From contig CAVYGB010000009.1 of assembly GCA_963767925.1 (NCBI GenBank), positions 224,001-288,000 of the forward strand: DNA of 64,000 nt, read 5' to 3'. This stretch comes from an uncultured delta proteobacterium. Lineage in GTDB: Bacteria; Myxococcota_A; Polyangia; Fen-1088. The notes under the pieces are model-generated. The model worked only from the letters and a program-made list of their open reading frames with translations. It ran no database searches and was not told the DNA's origin. This document shows positions 51,071-61,976 of the stretch, piece after piece; the first letter of the stretch is position 1; each line of letters begins with the position of its first letter. The position numbers and the translations under genes were made by a program.

Positions 51071-54000
51071 ATGGGTGGAAAGTCGGGAAGTGACGCTGGG
51101 AAGCACGGGTCCTCGGCAAAACGTGGGGCGGAAACCATGAAACGGTGCGGACGGCGGGGGCAGAAGATCGCGGGCTGGGCGGCGGCGCTCGTGGCCCTGG
51201 CGTTTCAGAGCGCGCCGGCGGGGGCGGTGCCCCTCGAGCTGATCCACGAGGGCTATCTCGTGGACGGCAGCAACACCCCGGTCAGCGGGAGCGTGACCAT
51301 CGACTACCGGCTGTTCGCCAGCCCCTCGGGCGGGACGGCGCTGTGGTCGGACACCTTCGCGGTCGCGGTCGAGGCCGGGGCCTACGTCGTGCTCCTCGGC
51401 AGCCAGACGCCGCTGACCGCCGAGCTGTTCAGTCAGCACCTGTTCGTCGAGGTGACGATCGGCGGCGACACGCTCGAGCCGCGCACGCAGCTCACCTCCG
51501 TCCCCTTCGCCATCGCCGCGGGCACCGCCGAGAACGCGACCGGCGACCTGACGCCGAGGAGCGTGGCGGTGGGCGGCCAGGTGGTCATCGACCGCATGGG
51601 CCGCTGGGTGGGCTCGTCGGAGGGCGTGGTCGGGCCCGAAGGTCCGGCGGGCGCGGCGGGGCCGATGGGACCGCCGGGGCAAACCGGCGACGCCGGGGAG
51701 ATCGGCCCGGCCGGCCCGACCGGCGCGGTGGGCCCGACCGGCGCCCAGGGAGCGATCGGTCCCACCGGCGCGGTGGGCGCGACCGGGACCACCGGCCGGG
51801 TCGGGCTGCGGTGGCAAGGGCCGTATTCGTCGGTGATCCAGTACGGGATCGACGACGTCGTCTCGGAGGCGGGCGCGTCGTTCGTGTGCCGGAGCGCGAG
51901 CGCCTGCGCGGGCCAGGCGCCCCCGGAGGCGGGCAACGCCGAGTGGCACCTGCTGGCCGCGCTCGGAGCCACCGGAGCCACCGGGCCGACCGGCGTCGCT
52001 GGCCCGGCCGGTCCTGCGGGCGCCGCGGGCGAGCCTGGCGCGACGGGGGCGGCCGGCCCGCCCGGTGAGCCCGGCGCGATCGGCGCGGCCGGTCCGATCG
52101 GGCTGGAGGGCGCGGCCGGTCCCGCGGGCGACAGCGGCGCGACCGGTGCGACGGGGGCCGCCGGCGAGGCCGGTGCGGCGGGGCGCCCGGGGCTGCGCTG
52201 GCAGGGATGGTGGAGCGCGGTGGTCAACTACGAAGTCGACGACGTTGTCGGCTCGGGCGGCTCGAGCTACCTCGCCCGGCAGACGGTCGCGGCCAGCGCC
52301 ATCCCTCCGGGCGAGCGGGAAGACTGGGAGCTGCTGGCCGGGGCGGGCGCGAGCGGCCCGACCGGCCCGACCGGCCAGCCCGGCGCGACCGGCGCAACCG
52401 GACCGGCGGGTGAGCCCGGCGCGCCCGGGGCTCCCGGTGCGGTCGGCGCGACTGGCGCGACGGGCGCAACCGGCGCGGCAGGTCCGGAAGGGGCGACCGG
52501 CGCCACCGGTCCCGCGGGCCTCCCGGGAATCCCCGGCGCCGAGGGCGCGGTGGGGCCGGAGGGCGCGACCGGCGCGACCGGGGCCGTCGGGGCCACCGGT
52601 GTCACCGGCGCGCTGGGCTTCCGGTGGCAGGGGCCCTGGAGCGCAGTGGTCGGCTACGAGCCGAACGAGGTCGTCGGCTCCGGCGGCGCGAGCTTCGTGG
52701 CCCGGCGGCCGGTCGCGGCGAGCGCGACCCCACCCGTGGCTGGCGACGACTGGGACCTCGTCGCGCCAGGCGGTGCAACCGGGGCGACGGGCGCGACCGG
52801 AGCGACCGGTCCGGCCGGCGCGCTGGGCGCTGAGGGTGCGGTCGGCGCGGTCGGCGCGACCGGTCCCCAGGGTGAGACCGGCGCTGAGGGTGCGACCGGC
52901 GCACCGGGTGCAGCGGGCCCGGCCGGCGCCACCGGCGCACAGGGTCTCATCGGCGAGACGGGCCCGGCTGGCCCGATCGGCGAGACCGGCGCGACAGGTC
53001 CCGCGGGCGCGACCGGCGCGGTCGGCCCCGCCGGGGCGACGGGCGCCAGCGGTCCGACCGGCCCGACCGGCCCGACCGGCGCGGAAGGCCAGGTGGGCGC
53101 CACCGGCTCTCCGGGCGCGCCCGGTGCAGCGGGCGCGACCGGCCCGGCCGGGGCCACCTGGCAGGGCGCCTGGAGCGCGGTCGTCGAATACGTCGCCAGC
53201 GACATCGTCGAATCGGGCGGCGCGAGCTTCGTGGCCCGGCGGCTCGTCGCGCCGAGCGCCACGCTGCCGGCGGTGGGTGCCGACTGGTATCTCGTCGCGC
53301 AGGCCGGTCAGGCCGGGGAGACCGGTCCCACCGGTCCCGGCGGATCGACGGGCGAGCCGGGGGCCACCGGCGAGGCCGGCCCGCCAGGTGAATCCGGCGC
53401 CACCGGCGCACCGGGCGCGCAGGGTCCGGCAGGCCCGCTGGGCGCCACCGGGTCGTCCGGCATTCCGGGTGAGACCGGCCCCGCGGGTGAACCGGGCGCG
53501 ACGGGCCCCGCCGGGGCGACCGGTCCCACGGGCCCCGCGGGTGCGTTCGGCGCGGCCGGCCCCGCGGGTGCACCCGGCGAGACGGGTCCGCCCGGCGCGA
53601 CCGGGCCCACCGGGGCGACCGGCCGCTCGGCGCGCTGGCAAGGCGCCTGGAGCGCGGTCGTCAACTACGAGGCCGAGGACATCGTTGGCTCGGCCGGCTC
53701 GAGCTATATCGCCCGGCGCGCGGTCGCGGCCAGCGCGACGCCGCCGGCCGAGGGCGACGACTGGGACGTCGTCGCGGAGACCGGGGCCGCCGGCAACGCA
53801 GGCGCGATCGGCCCGGCCGGCGCGCCGGGTGAAACTGGCCCCGCCGGTCCGGCGGGGCTCGCGGGGACCACCGGGCCTACCGGCGCGGCGGGTGAACCGG
53901 GGCCAGCGGGCGCGACCGGCGCCACCGGTCCGGCCGGCGCGACGGGTGGGCAAGGGCCCCCGGGTGCGGCCGGTCTTGCGGGGCCGACCGGCGAGCCGGG

Positions 54001-54892
54001 CGCCAGCGGGCCGACGGGTCCGGCCGGCGCCACCGGTCTGGCAGGAGGCAACGGTCCCGCGGGCGCCGCCGGGGCGGCAGGTGTCCCCGGGACGCTGGCC
54101 GCGAGCTGGCGCGGGGCCTGGAACGCCCTCACCGCCTACGAACCGAACCACGTCGTCCACTCGGAGGGCGGAAGCTTTCTCGCTCGGCGGGCGGTCGCGG
54201 CCAGCGGGGTGGCGCCGGTCGAGGGCGCCGACTGGGCCCTGCTCGTCCAGGGGGGCGCGGCCGGGGTGGCGGGTCCCCCCGGTGCGGCAGGCGCCGCTGG
54301 CCCCGCCGGCGCGGCGGGGGCAACCGGCCCGGCGGGCAGCGCCGGACCGGCCGGCGCCAGCGGGGTCGCCGGGGTCAACGGAGCCCAGGGCGCCACCGGG
54401 GCGACCGGGCCCGCCGGCGGCGGCGGCCCGGCGGGCCCCACCGGGGTTCAAGGCGCAACCGGGCCGACCGGAGCCACGGGCGCGACGGGGTTCACCGGGG
54501 CGACCGGCATCGGCGGACCGCGCGTGATCAACCTGGCGGGTCGCTCGATCTCGTTCTCCGGCACTACCTATTACAACCTGAGGTCCGGGGTCCCCACCCG
54601 GACGGGCCCGGAGCTGGTCGAGATGCTCATGCCGCGCGCCTGCACGGTCAAAGCCCTGCACATCGAGATTCGTGCCGCCTCCGCCTTCACCAGCGGCACG
54701 TACACCGTGCTCAAGAACGGCCTGGCCACCAGCATGGCCTGCGTCATCACCAACGTGGCGGCAACTGCCTACGGTTCTTGCTCCGACACGACAAACACCA
54801 TCCCGTTTGCGGAGCTCGACACGATCGCCCTGCAGAGCGTGACCGGAGGATCCTCCGCCCCCAGCGTGTTTCACTCGATCCAGTGCCATTGA
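51071..54892 (+). CDS. Secreted collagen-like fibre protein, chain C (alternative start 51137)
   Basis: Same architecture as chain A at a constant 7723-nt offset. Confidence 0.9.
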   Translation: MGGKSGSDAGKHGSSAKRGAETMKRCGRRGQKIAGWAAALVALAFQSAPAGAVPLELIHEGYLVDGSNTPVSGSVTIDYRLFASPSGGTALWSDTFAVAVEAGAYVVLLGSQTPLTAELFSQHLFVEVTIGGDTLEPRTQLTSVPFAIAAGTAENATGDLTPRSVAVGGQVVIDRMGRWVGSSEGVVGPEGPAGAAGPMGPPGQTGDAGEIGPAGPTGAVGPTGAQGAIGPTGAVGATGTTGRVGLRWQGPYSSVIQYGIDDVVSEAGASFVCRSASACAGQAPPEAGNAEWHLLAALGATGATGPTGVAGPAGPAGAAGEPGATGAAGPPGEPGAIGAAGPIGLEGAAGPAGDSGATGATGAAGEAGAAGRPGLRWQGWWSAVVNYEVDDVVGSGGSSYLARQTVAASAIPPGEREDWELLAGAGASGPTGPTGQPGATGATGPAGEPGAPGAPGAVGATGATGATGAAGPEGATGATGPAGLPGIPGAEGAVGPEGATGATGAVGATGVTGALGFRWQGPWSAVVGYEPNEVVGSGGASFVARRPVAASATPPVAGDDWDLVAPGGATGATGATGATGPAGALGAEGAVGAVGATGPQGETGAEGATGAPGAAGPAGATGAQGLIGETGPAGPIGETGATGPAGATGAVGPAGATGASGPTGPTGPTGAEGQVGATGSPGAPGAAGATGPAGATWQGAWSAVVEYVASDIVESGGASFVARRLVAPSATLPAVGADWYLVAQAGQAGETGPTGPGGSTGEPGATGEAGPPGESGATGAPGAQGPAGPLGATGSSGIPGETGPAGEPGATGPAGATGPTGPAGAFGAAGPAGAPGETGPPGATGPTGATGRSARWQGAWSAVVNYEAEDIVGSAGSSYIARRAVAASATPPAEGDDWDVVAETGAAGNAGAIGPAGAPGETGPAGPAGLAGTTGPTGAAGEPGPAGATGATGPAGATGGQGPPGAAGLAGPTGEPGASGPTGPAGATGLAGGNGPAGAAGAAGVPGTLAASWRGAWNALTAYEPNHVVHSEGGSFLARRAVAASGVAPVEGADWALLVQGGAAGVAGPPGAAGAAGPAGAAGATGPAGSAGPAGASGVAGVNGAQGATGATGPAGGGGPAGPTGVQGATGPTGATGATGFTGATGIGGPRVINLAGRSISFSGTTYYNLRSGVPTRTGPELVEMLMPRACTVKALHIEIRAASAFTSGTYTVLKNGLATSMACVITNVAATAYGSCSDTTNTIPFAELDTIALQSVTGGSSAPSVFHSIQCH

Positions 54893-55050
54893 AGCTGGGT
54901 CGCGGGGTTTCATGAATATCGGGACATGTCGTTGCCCGTGCGACCGCGCGTACAACCAGGACGCATTCTGATTTTTCCAGATGGGATTCCTGGGCTTCTG
55001 AAGGACGTGTTTAAATGAGGTTCTCGTTCGACGGTGAAGGGGAGGGAGGC

Positions 55051-55350
55051 GTGATGGGTGCAGGTGTTGTGACCCGAGCGGCGCGCGCGCTGGTGGTGCT
55101 GGCGTTCTTCGCGACCGGCTGCCCCGACCAGTGGGAGCCGCCCATCCTCAAGCCCGGTCCGGGGAACCCGCCGGTCGAGCAGCCGCCCGACCCCCTGGGT
55201 GAGGGGTTCCGGACGACGGGCCCGGGCACCCAGCGCAGCTCGGCCCTGGTCAACGAGGGCACGATGTCGGCGGTCAAGGTGACCGAGCAGCGCGGCCGGC
55301 GGTATCGGACCAAGTCGAGCTTCCGGGTCAAGCGCACGGTCGTGCCCTGA
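55051..55350 (+). CDS. Small lipoprotein, function unknown
   Basis: RBS GGAGG; FATGC lipobox-like motif; Pro-rich tether; short basic beta-rich C-terminus. Confidence 0.65.
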   Translation: MMGAGVVTRAARALVVLAFFATGCPDQWEPPILKPGPGNPPVEQPPDPLGEGFRTTGPGTQRSSALVNEGTMSAVKVTEQRGRRYRTKSSFRVKRTVVP

Positions 55351-55425
55351 GGGCGCGCGCGGCCGGTCTGAAGATGGTGGGGCGATGCCCCTGGATGAAT
55401 GACGACGAAGAGGGAGGGTGACGCG

Positions 55426-56052
55426 ATGGAGGTCCGAACCTGGTTGGGGCGAGCAGCGATTGTCGGGGCGGCTTTGCTGCTGTCCGCCTGTGACAGCGGA
55501 AAGAGCGACGACAACAGCCAGCGGCCCGATCCGGCCAAGCCCGGCGCCTCACCGGCGACCAGCCTCGGCGCGCCCGAAGACGTGGCCGCTCCCCCGGCCG
55601 GCGCCGAGACGAGCGCCTCCGGCCTGGCCTGGAAGATCCTGCAACCCGGCACCGGCAAGGAGCACCCCGGGATGAACGACTTCGTCGAGGTCCACTACAC
55701 GGGCTGGACCCCGCAGGGCAAGATGTTCGACTCGAGCGTGGCCCGCGGCGAGACCACCCGGTTTCCGCTCGGGCGGGTCATCAAGGGCTGGACCGAGGGC
55801 CTGCAGCTCATGACCGTCGGTGAAAAGCGCCGCTTCTGGATCCCCGGCAAGCTGGCCTACGGCGACACCCCCACCCGCCCCGGCACCCTGGCCGGCATGC
55901 TGGTGTTCGACGTCGAGCTGATCTCGTTCCGCGCTCTCCCGCCCCCCGCCGCCGCGCCCACCCTGGTCCCCGCGAGCGACACAACCAGCCCCCGCCTCAA
56001 GACCGAGAAGGCGCGAGGCAAGAGCCCGGCCAGCGAGTCCAGCAAGCGCTGA
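55426..56052 (+). CDS. FKBP-type peptidyl-prolyl isomerase, lipoprotein
   Basis: LSAC lipobox; VHYTGW, FDSS, VIKGWTEGLQLM, IP..LAYG and LVFDVEL. Confidence 0.93.
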   Translation: MEVRTWLGRAAIVGAALLLSACDSGKSDDNSQRPDPAKPGASPATSLGAPEDVAAPPAGAETSASGLAWKILQPGTGKEHPGMNDFVEVHYTGWTPQGKMFDSSVARGETTRFPLGRVIKGWTEGLQLMTVGEKRRFWIPGKLAYGDTPTRPGTLAGMLVFDVELISFRALPPPAAAPTLVPASDTTSPRLKTEKARGKSPASESSKR

Positions 56053-56229
56053 CCGGCGCGATCACCTGGCGGGTCCAACCATGAACCTGCTCGCTCGATC
56101 CCGCAGCGCCCGCGGCGCGGGCGCTCCTCCCCGCACGGCCCTCACCCGAGCCGCCCGGGGACAGCGTCGCCCGTCGCCACCAGTGCGGGCTCGGTTCGAC
56201 GTTGCCCACGGGCGGCTGGGGGGCTCTCG

Positions 56230-58425
56230 ATGACCCTCCGCGAGCGCTTCAGCCGCGCCTGGCGGGACGGGGTCGCCCGGCTCCGCCCGCTGGGCGCTAC
56301 AATCGCTTCCCGGGCGGCGGCGCGGCTCGATCGCGCCTGGCGGGGGGCGATCGCCTCGCTCGGCGCCGTCGTGATCGCCCTGCTGGCCGTGATCGCCTAC
56401 GTCGATGCCACCCGCGGCGCCTTTCACTTCGACGACAGCCACGCCGTCGAGGAGAACCCCGCCATCCGCTCGCTGGCCAACGTGGGGCGCTTCTTCGTCG
56501 ATCCCACCGCGTTTTCGGTGTTGCCGCAAAACACGGGGTACCGGCCGGTGTTGCTGGTGTCTTTCGCCCTCAACGCGCAGATCGGGGGGGTCAGCCCGGC
56601 GGCCTTCCTGGCGGGAAACCTGCTGGTGCACCTGCTGTGCGCCCTGCTCCTGCACGCGCTGATCAAGGGGCTGGCCCGGCGGCTGGGTCGACCGGACGCC
56701 GGCGCGCTGGCCTTCGTGGCGGCGGCGATCTTCGCCGTGCATCCGCTGTTCTCCGAGTGTGTCAACTACGTCTCGGCCCGCTCCGAGAGCCTCTCGTCGA
56801 CCCTGGGCGTGGCCGCCCTGCTGGCCTGGCTGCGGGGCCGCGAAGATCGCCGCTGGCTGGCGGCCGCCGCGATCTCCCTGCTGGCCGCCATGTTGACCAA
56901 GCCGGTCGTGATCACCCTGCCGGTCTTCGCCGGCCTGATCCTGTGGGCCATCCCCGGCGAGCGCAGCGCCCGTCCCGCCCGCACCGTCGAGCGGCTGGCC
57001 TGGCTGGCCGTCCCCGCCGCCGCCGGCGCCGCCCTGGTCCTGTACATGACCCCGCCGATCGCGATCGCCTCGGCCTCCGGCTTCGATCGCTGGACGTATC
57101 TGCGCTCGCAGCTCCCGGCGACGCTGCACTACCTGCGCCTGTTCGTCTGGCCGGTCGGCCAGAGCGCCGACGCCGACTACCCGGCGATGACCTCCTTCGC
57201 CCAGCCGGAGGTCTGGCTCTCCGCGCTCGTGCTGCTCACCGTGGCCGGCTGGACCGTCTGGGCGCTGGCCACCCGGCGCCGCCCCGGCGTGGCCCTGGCC
57301 GTGTGCTGGTTCTTCCTCTGCCTGGCCGTCACCGCGCTGTTCCCCCTGGCCGAGATCGTCAACGAGCACCGCCCCTACCTGGCCGCCGCCAGCCTCTGCG
57401 TCCTGGCCGCCCACGCCCTCCGCCGCCTCCCGACGCTGCTATTCGGAACCCCCGCCGCAACCGCGGGTCCCCCCGCCCATGACCCCGCGATCATCACCTC
57501 CGCCGCCGATGAACCCGCCCCCTCCGTCGTCTCTCCCTCCGAAATCTCCGACTACGGCGTCTCCGCCACCGCCTCTCCCACCGCCTCTCCCTCCGTCGTC
57601 TCAGCCTCGCCGACGGACTCCTCGGATGTCTCCGGCTCGCCGGAGGTTGCCCCGCGCGCCCCCGTCTGGGCCGCCCTCGTCCCCTCCGTCGAGGCCAGGA
57701 TTGCCTTCGCCCGCTCCCTCGCCGCCGTCCGGGCGGCAACCCCGGCCGTTGTCGCCGTCGCGGCGGTGCTGGCCGTGCTCGGCACCCTCACCGTGTCGCG
57801 CAACCGCGTCTGGGAGAACCCCGCGACCTTGTGGCAAGACGTCGTCGCCAAGGCCCCCCTCTCGCCCCGGGCCCACATGAACTACGGCCTGGCGCTCATG
57901 AACCGCGGCAACCGCCAGGCCGCCGAAGCCCACCTGCGCGAAGCCGTCCGCCTGTCCCCGACCTACAGCTACGCCCGCATCAACCTCGGAAGCTGGCTGA
58001 TGGCCGGCGGCTCCCTGAAGGAAGCCGCCGCCGAGCTGGACCTCGCCATCGCCCTCGACCCGCAGCTCTTCTACGGCCACTACTTCCGCGGCCGCGTCGC
58101 CACCCTCCTCTCCGAGCCCCCCTCCGAACGCGCCCGTCACCTCGGCGCCGCGGTTGCCCTCAGCCCCAGCTACGCCGACGCCTGGTACCAGCTCGCCCTG
58201 GCCCGCGACGCCGCCGGCGACCACCCCGGCACCATCGAAGCCGCCGCCCGCGCCGCCGCTCTCCGCGGAACCTACGAAGACCGCTTCCTCCACGGCTACG
58301 CCCTCCTGCAAGCCCGCCAGGTCACCGCCGCCATGGCCGTCCTCAACGCCCTCGCCCGCGAGCGCCCCGACGACCACCGCGTGAGCTACAACCTCAGCTA
58401 CGCCGCCCGCCTCCTCGCCCCCTGA
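56230..58425 (+). CDS. TMTC-like multipass membrane protein with C-terminal TPRs (putative GT-C glycosyltransferase)
   Basis: F.FDD...V.EN, YRP, FAVHP..SE.V.YVS.RSE, L..WP...SAD..Y, EHR.YL and RN.VW....LW motifs; TPR repeats. Confidence 0.8.
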   Translation: MTLRERFSRAWRDGVARLRPLGATIASRAAARLDRAWRGAIASLGAVVIALLAVIAYVDATRGAFHFDDSHAVEENPAIRSLANVGRFFVDPTAFSVLPQNTGYRPVLLVSFALNAQIGGVSPAAFLAGNLLVHLLCALLLHALIKGLARRLGRPDAGALAFVAAAIFAVHPLFSECVNYVSARSESLSSTLGVAALLAWLRGREDRRWLAAAAISLLAAMLTKPVVITLPVFAGLILWAIPGERSARPARTVERLAWLAVPAAAGAALVLYMTPPIAIASASGFDRWTYLRSQLPATLHYLRLFVWPVGQSADADYPAMTSFAQPEVWLSALVLLTVAGWTVWALATRRRPGVALAVCWFFLCLAVTALFPLAEIVNEHRPYLAAASLCVLAAHALRRLPTLLFGTPAATAGPPAHDPAIITSAADEPAPSVVSPSEISDYGVSATASPTASPSVVSASPTDSSDVSGSPEVAPRAPVWAALVPSVEARIAFARSLAAVRAATPAVVAVAAVLAVLGTLTVSRNRVWENPATLWQDVVAKAPLSPRAHMNYGLALMNRGNRQAAEAHLREAVRLSPTYSYARINLGSWLMAGGSLKEAAAELDLAIALDPQLFYGHYFRGRVATLLSEPPSERARHLGAAVALSPSYADAWYQLALARDAAGDHPGTIEAAARAAALRGTYEDRFLHGYALLQARQVTAAMAVLNALARERPDDHRVSYNLSYAARLLAP

Positions 58426-58521
58426 CCGCCGCCCAGCACGCCCCGGCGACCGGCATCTCAACCAGGGCGACGAGGTCGCAGCGAGCGAGGCCACCTCCCC
58501 CGCCGGGGGCCTTGTCCGTCA

Positions 58522-58580
58522 CCTCTCCCCGCGGTCCGCCGTGGGGAGAGGTCGGCGCGTCTGCGCGCCGGGTGAGGGGC
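58522..58580. repeat. REP-like palindrome
   Basis: CCTCTCCCC...GGGGAGAGG...GGGTGAGGGGC. Confidence 0.6.
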
Positions 58581-58615
58581 CTCCGGCGTGGCAACCGCCC
58601 CTCACTCCGCCCACT

Positions 58616-58865
58616 CTACTCGAACATGCGGAGCTGGGCGGGGGCGGTGTGGCCGGAGGGCAGGGGGGGCCAGGGGCTGGCGTCGAAGGGGCGGTAGCGG
58701 ATGTCGACGAAGTCGTTGTCGTGGTAGCGAACACGGGGGGTGCCGGCGCGCGCCAGCGCTGCCACCCGGTTGGCCGGGAGGTTGGAGACCTCGATCTCGA
58801 GGACGTTGCGCCGGGCACGCAGGTGCCGGGCGACGTCGACCCGGAAGGGCGGCCACGCGCGCGTC
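58616..58865 (-). pseudogene. Glycoside hydrolase (GH106/GH2-like) C-terminal remnant; not in the ORF track
   Basis: Manual translation gives WPPFRVDV...NVLEIEVSNLPANRV...NDFVDIRYRPFDASPWPPLPSG. Confidence 0.55.
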
Positions 58866-58950
58866 CGGCGAAGACGAGGGTCGCCAGCGCACCTGGCACG
58901 GTGCCCGACCGCAACATGGCGTCGCGTTCAACTTGGCCTAGAGTCACCCG

Positions 58951-59390
58951 ATGACCACCGTTCGGCGGGCCTTCTCGGTCGCGATCTTCTGCCGCCACCA
59001 GGGCGACGTCCTGCTCATCAAACACAAGCGGCTCGGGACCTGGCTGCCCGTGGGCGGCGAGATCGAGCCCGGCGAGACGCCGCTCGACGCCGCCGCCCGC
59101 GAGCTGCGCGAGGAGACCGGTCTTCTCGGCGTGTTCCCCGACGGCCTGGGCGTGGAGGGCACGCCCCCCGGGCTGATCGGCTACGAGGAGCACCTGGCCG
59201 GGAGCAAGGGCCTGCACATGAACTTCGCCTTCGTCGCCGACGTCCCCACCCGCACCCTGACCGCCTGCGACGAATACGACGAGGCGATCTGGGTCGGCCG
59301 CTCCGCCGACCTGACCCAGCTCCCCTGCCCCCGCAACGTCAAGCAGCTCTGCACCCTCGCCCTCGCCGCCCCCACCTCCGCCCTCGCCCG

Positions 59391-59394
<4 letters not shown>
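58951..59394 (+). CDS. NUDIX hydrolase
   Basis: Nudix box GGEIEPGETPLDAAARELREETGL. Confidence 0.9.
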
Positions 59395-60397
<1,003 letters not shown>

Positions 60398-60521
60398 GGT
60401 TTACGTCGCGGCGTGCGAAGTGTCGCTTTCGCCTCCTCCCGAGCACCTAGCGCGCGGCCGCACCCGCTGACATTCAAGTGGCTCCGGCCGCCTCGAGGTC
60501 GGCACCGAAGCGAGGACCACC

Positions 60522-61844
60522 CTACCGGCGCAGCGGCTTGAAGAACGCGCGCACGTCGCCCACCAGGACGTCCGGCACCTCCATGGCCGGGAAGTGGCCG
60601 CCGCGGGGAAATTCGTTCCAGTGCACGATGTTGTGGTCGCGTTCGGCGAGCTTGCGGATGGTGATGTCGTGTGAGGTGAAGACCGCGACCCCGGTGGGGA
60701 CCGTGCCGCGGGCCCTGGGGGCCCACGCCGCCGGGTCGTGGCTGGTCTCGTAGTAGAGCTGCGCGGACGAGCCCGCGGTGGCGGTGAGCCAGTAGAGCGT
60801 GACGTCGGTCAGGAACTGGTCGCGGTCGATCGCCTGTTCCGGGAGCTGGGCGACCGGATCGCTCCACTCCTTGAACTTCTCCACCATCCAGGCCAGTTGC
60901 CCGACCGGCGAGTCGGTCAGGGCGTAGGCCAGCGTCTGGGGACGGGTGCCCTGCTGGTGGATGTAGCCCATCTGCTCCTGCTGAAACGCCTTCAGCCGGC
61001 GCAGCCGATCCGAGTCCACCTCCGACAGCTTCCCCAGCTCGGCCGGATCCCCGGACGGAAAGGTCAGCAAGGCGTTCATGTGCACCCCGACCACCCGTTC
61101 GGGGGCGGCCCGGGCCACCTCGGGCGCCTCGAAGGCTCCGTGGTCGCCACCCTGGACCCCGTATCTCTGATAGCCGAGGCGTGCCATCACCTCCGCGTAG
61201 GCCCGCGCGTTGCGCGCGTGCGTCCAGCCCGCGCCGCTGAGCGGGATCGAGAAGCCATGGCCGGGGATGGAGGGCGCTACAACGTGGAAGGCCTGCTTCG
61301 GATCGGCGCCGTGGGCGCGCGGGTCGACGAGCGGGCCGATGACCTTGCTGAACTCCACGATCGAGCCCGGCCACCCGTGGATCAGCAGCAAGGGCAGGGC
61401 GTCCGGCTCGGGCGAGCGCACGTGCAGAAAGTGGATGGTCTGTCCCTCCACCCCCGTCGTGAACTGCGGAAATTCGTTGAGCCGGGCCTCCTGCTTGCGC
61501 CAGTCGAAAGCAGTCCGCCAGTACTCGACCAGCCCCTTCAGATAGCCGACCGGCACCCCCCGGGCCCAGCCCACGCCCGGCACCTCATCGGGCCAGCGGG
61601 TACGAGCGAGCCGCTCGCGAAGGTCGTCGATCTGGTCTTGCGGGATGTCGATCCGGAACGGGCGGATGGAAATGTCCCGCTCATCGGGCCGGGGCTGGGT
61701 CGAGGACTGTCCCGGGATTCTGCTCTCGGTCATCTGCTTCTCCGATCTGGTGGTGGGTTGGACGGCCGGCGATCGCGTGAGGCAAGCCCCCGTGACGAGC
61801 AAGAGGACGGCGATCTTTGCGGGCGGCGTGGGGACTGCTGCCAT
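60522..61844 (-). CDS. Epoxide hydrolase (EHN plus alpha/beta hydrolase); alternative start 61733
   Basis: PF.IDIP...IDDL, HGWPGS, QGGD.G, DSPVG and GGHFPAME. Confidence 0.9.
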   Translation of the reverse strand: MAAVPTPPAKIAVLLLVTGACLTRSPAVQPTTRSEKQMTESRIPGQSSTQPRPDERDISIRPFRIDIPQDQIDDLRERLARTRWPDEVPGVGWARGVPVGYLKGLVEYWRTAFDWRKQEARLNEFPQFTTGVEGQTIHFLHVRSPEPDALPLLLIHGWPGSIVEFSKVIGPLVDPRAHGADPKQAFHVVAPSIPGHGFSIPLSGAGWTHARNARAYAEVMARLGYQRYGVQGGDHGAFEAPEVARAAPERVVGVHMNALLTFPSGDPAELGKLSEVDSDRLRRLKAFQQEQMGYIHQQGTRPQTLAYALTDSPVGQLAWMVEKFKEWSDPVAQLPEQAIDRDQFLTDVTLYWLTATAGSSAQLYYETSHDPAAWAPRARGTVPTGVAVFTSHDITIRKLAERDHNIVHWNEFPRGGHFPAMEVPDVLVGDVRAFFKPLRR

Positions 61845-61899
61845 GGCGACTCCTGGTGGCTCGACCGCGAGGGTGGTGGCGCCCGCGGGCGAAATCAAA

Positions 61900-61921
61900 C
61901 GGAACGGAATGATTCGTTCCG
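61900..61921. promoter_or_regulatory. Putative TetR operator
   Basis: Palindrome CGGAACG-N8-CGTTCCG between the divergent epoxide hydrolase and TetR genes. Confidence 0.65.
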
Positions 61922-61976
61922 CAAACTATAGGCAGGGGAAGACGGGTGTTCAAGGGCCCGGGGTATGATGGGGGAA

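Noticed and set aside
43420..54892. Prophage tail-fibre cluster or diversity-generating retroelement target
   Set aside because: The proteins have signal peptides, and I found no phage structural genes, integrase, reverse transcriptase or template repeat.
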